Position numbers and translations under genes: made by a program | Shown: positions 61,082-64,000 of the stretch, piece by piece | Layout: each line of letters begins with the position of its first letter | Position numbering within the stretch: position 1 is the stretch's first letter | Notes under the pieces: model-generated | What the model saw: only the letters and a program-made list of their open reading frames with translations | The model's database searches: none | Told to the model about the DNA's origin: nothing | Assembly (NCBI GenBank): GCA_947626095.1 | Contig: CANQQV010000007.1 | Coordinates: 18,464-82,463 of the forward strand | Reading direction: 5' to 3' | DNA length: 64,000 nt | Source of the DNA: an uncultured Bacilli bacterium | Lineage (GTDB): Bacteria > Bacillota_I > Bacilli_A > RF39 > UBA660

Positions 61082-62814
61082 CCTTTCATCTCTCTTTTAA
61101 TATCAGTAAGTTCCTTATCTCCTAATAACGAACCACTAACTAAACATTCTATAATTCGCTCTTCATCTTCATTAACTGCTTCAAAATTACGTAAAAACTT
61201 TGGCCTAGATATTAAAGCATCACCAATAGTATATACATCGTTTCCTACAAAATACTTACTATCAAATTCTTTAACAGTTCTACTTTTTAATACTTTACTT
61301 ATCTTACTACCTTTAATACTACTTACGCTAAACCAACTATCACAATCATCTAATTCTGTCGAATCAATAAAACTCCTATCTTCCATCGCTATTTCTTTAC
61401 GTAATAACTTACTACTAGTTTCAAACTCTTCCCCTATCTCACGATAAATCATAATTCTTTTAATCGTTTCAATTGGTTTTTTCGTTTCACATATACTAAT
61501 AAATAAATATAATGGTATTCTATTTTCTAACAATAAATCATATATTTCTAGATAATTAAAATGACATAGTAAATAGATATAATTATTCTTTGTCAAATTA
61601 TAATGCGCCAAAATACTTAATCTATTCTTAATTTTTACTGAAGATTCTAATAATATTCTATCATCATAAAACATACTATCAAAATCCATAATATGCTTCA
61701 ATATCTCATAATTAACTAATAATTCATTATACTTACTACCAAGTAAATCTATATTATTTACCAAAGTCTCTTTACTTAAAGCATTAGAACTTATTAAAAA
61801 CTGTATTCTATCTATTTTATCTTTATTCAAACTAACTAATATATTACCACATTCAAAGAATATTCTACTTAAAGACAATCCTATCTTTCTTAAATAATCA
61901 ATAATATATACTATATCTTCTTTTTTCATTAATTCATCTAATAATCTCTTATTTAAAGAATTAATATCAATCCCATTATCATACAAATAACTAATTAAAG
62001 GATTACTATTAACTATTCCCTCTTTACTAGCTATTTCCTCATTTATTCCTTTTTCTCTTTTATCTAAATTACTAAAAACTATATTATATACTTCTTCTAA
62101 TAATTCTGGTTCTAAAAAGCGATGCCATCCTTCTGGCATTTCATCTAACTCTAAAAGTGATAAGTCATCTACCTTAGCTTTTGCTTCATTAGTATATTTA
62201 ATCTTATCTATAGCAATAATTTTTCTTTCTTGTAACTTACTATCCGCTTCTTTTAAAGCTTTAACAGCAACTTCTATCATTTCTTTAATTTTACTTTTAT
62301 TATATATTTGTCTTATTGCATTTCGCTTACTAACAACATTATTACCAAAGTTAGCTTTTAAGATATCCCTTTTTAACTTTAAGAAATCAATCATTACCAA
62401 ACAAGCAGTTTTCAAATTATAATTAATTAATAAAGGGTTTAGATTAAGTTTAGTCATACATTCATAAGCTTTATTATCAATTACCTTACCTTCGTTATCT
62501 AAAGAATTAAATAATTCTACTAACAATTTTCCATCCGTATTAAAACTCCAACTATTAATACTATCCTTATTTTCTAACACCATTTCATAAGTTTCATCAA
62601 AAGATAAATAAATACTATTAGTTAAATAAAAATAAGTTAAAAATATTTTGTAATTTTCTATTTGAATTAAATCGGTTTTATTAACACCATTTGCTTTTTT
62701 AGCTATTTCATCAACATAAGGTCTAATTTGATCTTCGCCCTCTTCTAATAAAACTAATTTTAACTCAACTAATTCATTTTCAATTATTGAACTAATTCTA
62801 CTTAAATCACTCAT
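61060..62814 (-). CDS. Hypothetical helical protein
   Basis: Long ORF, AGGTGA RBS, start overlaps the upstream stop; C-terminal ISRPKFLRN motif. Confidence 0.7.
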   Translation of the reverse strand: MSDLSRISSIIENELVELKLVLLEEGEDQIRPYVDEIAKKANGVNKTDLIQIENYKIFLTYFYLTNSIYLSFDETYEMVLENKDSINSWSFNTDGKLLVELFNSLDNEGKVIDNKAYECMTKLNLNPLLINYNLKTACLVMIDFLKLKRDILKANFGNNVVSKRNAIRQIYNKSKIKEMIEVAVKALKEADSKLQERKIIAIDKIKYTNEAKAKVDDLSLLELDEMPEGWHRFLEPELLEEVYNIVFSNLDKREKGINEEIASKEGIVNSNPLISYLYDNGIDINSLNKRLLDELMKKEDIVYIIDYLRKIGLSLSRIFFECGNILVSLNKDKIDRIQFLISSNALSKETLVNNIDLLGSKYNELLVNYEILKHIMDFDSMFYDDRILLESSVKIKNRLSILAHYNLTKNNYIYLLCHFNYLEIYDLLLENRIPLYLFISICETKKPIETIKRIMIYREIGEEFETSSKLLRKEIAMEDRSFIDSTELDDCDSWFSVSSIKGSKISKVLKSRTVKEFDSKYFVGNDVYTIGDALISRPKFLRNFEAVNEDEERIIECLVSGSLLGDKELTDIKREMKGKKTLVI

Positions 62815-63823
62815 TCTTATCACCTAACCTTTTAGTAATAACCATATTAGCTTCTAGATAAGTATATATCTGTCCAACTAATTCAGCTTGTTCTATATAA
62901 AAATCAGGATTATTTAGATTATTAACTATATAGTCAAAAGCACTATAATATCTATTATGAGCATCATCATAATAACCACTTATTCTTGTACTTTTTTGTT
63001 TATCTTTAAAGAATAACGAAGCAATAAAGACATAATTATTCTTAACAAAGAATAATATTCTTAACCCATTTGGATTACAATATTCATATAAGTTTTCTTT
63101 AGCTTCTCTTATTGCTTTTATATCCTTTGTTTTTAAAAAATAACCTTCTACTATTTTATCAAAAGCTGTCTTTATTTCTTTACTTCTTTCTCCATATGTT
63201 CTAATATCCTCTAAAAGATAAGAACTTCTCTTAGAAGGTAATATAATAATATTACTATTCTCTACTTCTTTACTTTCTAAAACTTCTTCTTTCTTAGAGA
63301 AATCTTTTAAATGTTCTAATATTTCTTTATAAACACTCAATTCACTCTGTAAACTACTAATATCAGCCGTATAATCTCCCAAAACAGTATCTTTAATAAT
63401 TGCTTCATAAAGTTTTATTTCTTTTAAAAAGTATATTTTTAATCTAACAATATCATCTTTACTTAAAGTTTCTAAATAAGTATCTAACTCCGTATCAAAA
63501 TTACAATAAGTAATATATTCTACCAAATTACTAAAATCCCTATTTTCTCTTTTTCTAACTACTTCTTCATTATTTTCTTCTACTTCAATATCTGTATGTT
63601 CTCTAACTAAAGGTCTAACACCATTAATTTTATCTTCTAATTGTTTTAAATAATCTCTTTGTCTTTCAATTACTATTTTATTACTATAGTATATAAATCT
63701 ATAACATTCTATTATTTCACTTGAAGTAGGATCTTCTATACGCTCATATATAAAATCTAAAGGATTAGAAATATAATAATTAATACTTTCCATCTCTTGT
63801 TCAAACTTATCAATTCTATCCAT
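62807..63823 (-). CDS. Hypothetical protein with C-terminal RelE/ParE-like domain
   Basis: Acidic coiled-coil N-terminus; IKAI...NLYEY...GLRILFF...VFIASLFFKDKQK. Confidence 0.55.
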   Translation of the reverse strand: MDRIDKFEQEMESINYYISNPLDFIYERIEDPTSSEIIECYRFIYYSNKIVIERQRDYLKQLEDKINGVRPLVREHTDIEVEENNEEVVRKRENRDFSNLVEYITYCNFDTELDTYLETLSKDDIVRLKIYFLKEIKLYEAIIKDTVLGDYTADISSLQSELSVYKEILEHLKDFSKKEEVLESKEVENSNIIILPSKRSSYLLEDIRTYGERSKEIKTAFDKIVEGYFLKTKDIKAIREAKENLYEYCNPNGLRILFFVKNNYVFIASLFFKDKQKSTRISGYYDDAHNRYYSAFDYIVNNLNNPDFYIEQAELVGQIYTYLEANMVITKRLGDKNE

Positions 63824-63957
63824 AGTAATCGCCCTTTTTTAATTATTACTATTATACTAATCTATCTTTTCTTGTCAATTTTATTAAAATATTCAAGAAA
63901 AAAAAGGAAATAAGCTTCGAGTAGCGAATAATTATAGTGAAAGGAGGTATATACCTT

Positions 63958-64000
63958 ATGGAAATAGAAAACCCATTTGTTCCTTTAACTTATGATAAAT
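63958..64000 (+). CDS. 5' end of a gene cut by the window edge, possibly an Rpn/PD-(D/E)XK nuclease
   Basis: AAGGAGGT RBS, MEIENPFVPLTYDK; PLTxD resembles the Rpn-family N-terminus, but only 14 codons are visible. Confidence 0.35.
   Translation, partial: MEIENPFVPLTYDK

Noticed and set aside
1-64000. rRNA, tRNA, CRISPR array, IS element, prophage or UGA recoding
   Set aside because: None recognised. Intergenic gaps are short and mostly explained, and TGA serves as a stop in coupled gene overlaps, consistent with code 11.

Overview
Low-GC, strongly minus-strand-biased chromosomal segment using genetic code 11. It probably comes from a reduced-genome, uncultured Bacillota (RF39/RFN20-like Bacilli), inferred from an N-domain-less ClpB under CIRCE control, T-box riboswitches and residual spore-coat genes. 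The left 28 kb is one co-oriented locus. It joins a Gram-positive Tad/Flp-type pilus module (giant Cys-rich adhesin, DUF5411-like protein, CpaB, TadA/B/C, four leaderless pilin-like proteins, CpaE-like protein) directly to a T4SS module (two VirB2-like pilins, VirB6-like, PrgI/VirB3-like, a small VirB4 partner, VirB4, a SpoIID+NlpC/P60 hydrolase, a lipoprotein, and VirD4 cut by the window edge). No relaxase or integrase is visible. An FAD-oxidoreductase/GT-C glycosyltransferase fusion sits between tadC and the pilins. The rest is housekeeping (tyrS, clpB, leuS, rimP-nusA-ylxR-infB-rbfA, trmL) mixed with spore-coat genes and orphans. Oddities there include a tyrS T-box with a 34-nt stem I and a non-canonical terminator, a free-standing LeuRS-CP1/NUDIX protein, a GH31 with substituted catalytic aspartates, a half-length RimP, and a hairpin hiding the RBS of a putative sigK-dependent gene. 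All family calls come from recognising motifs by eye; no searches were run.
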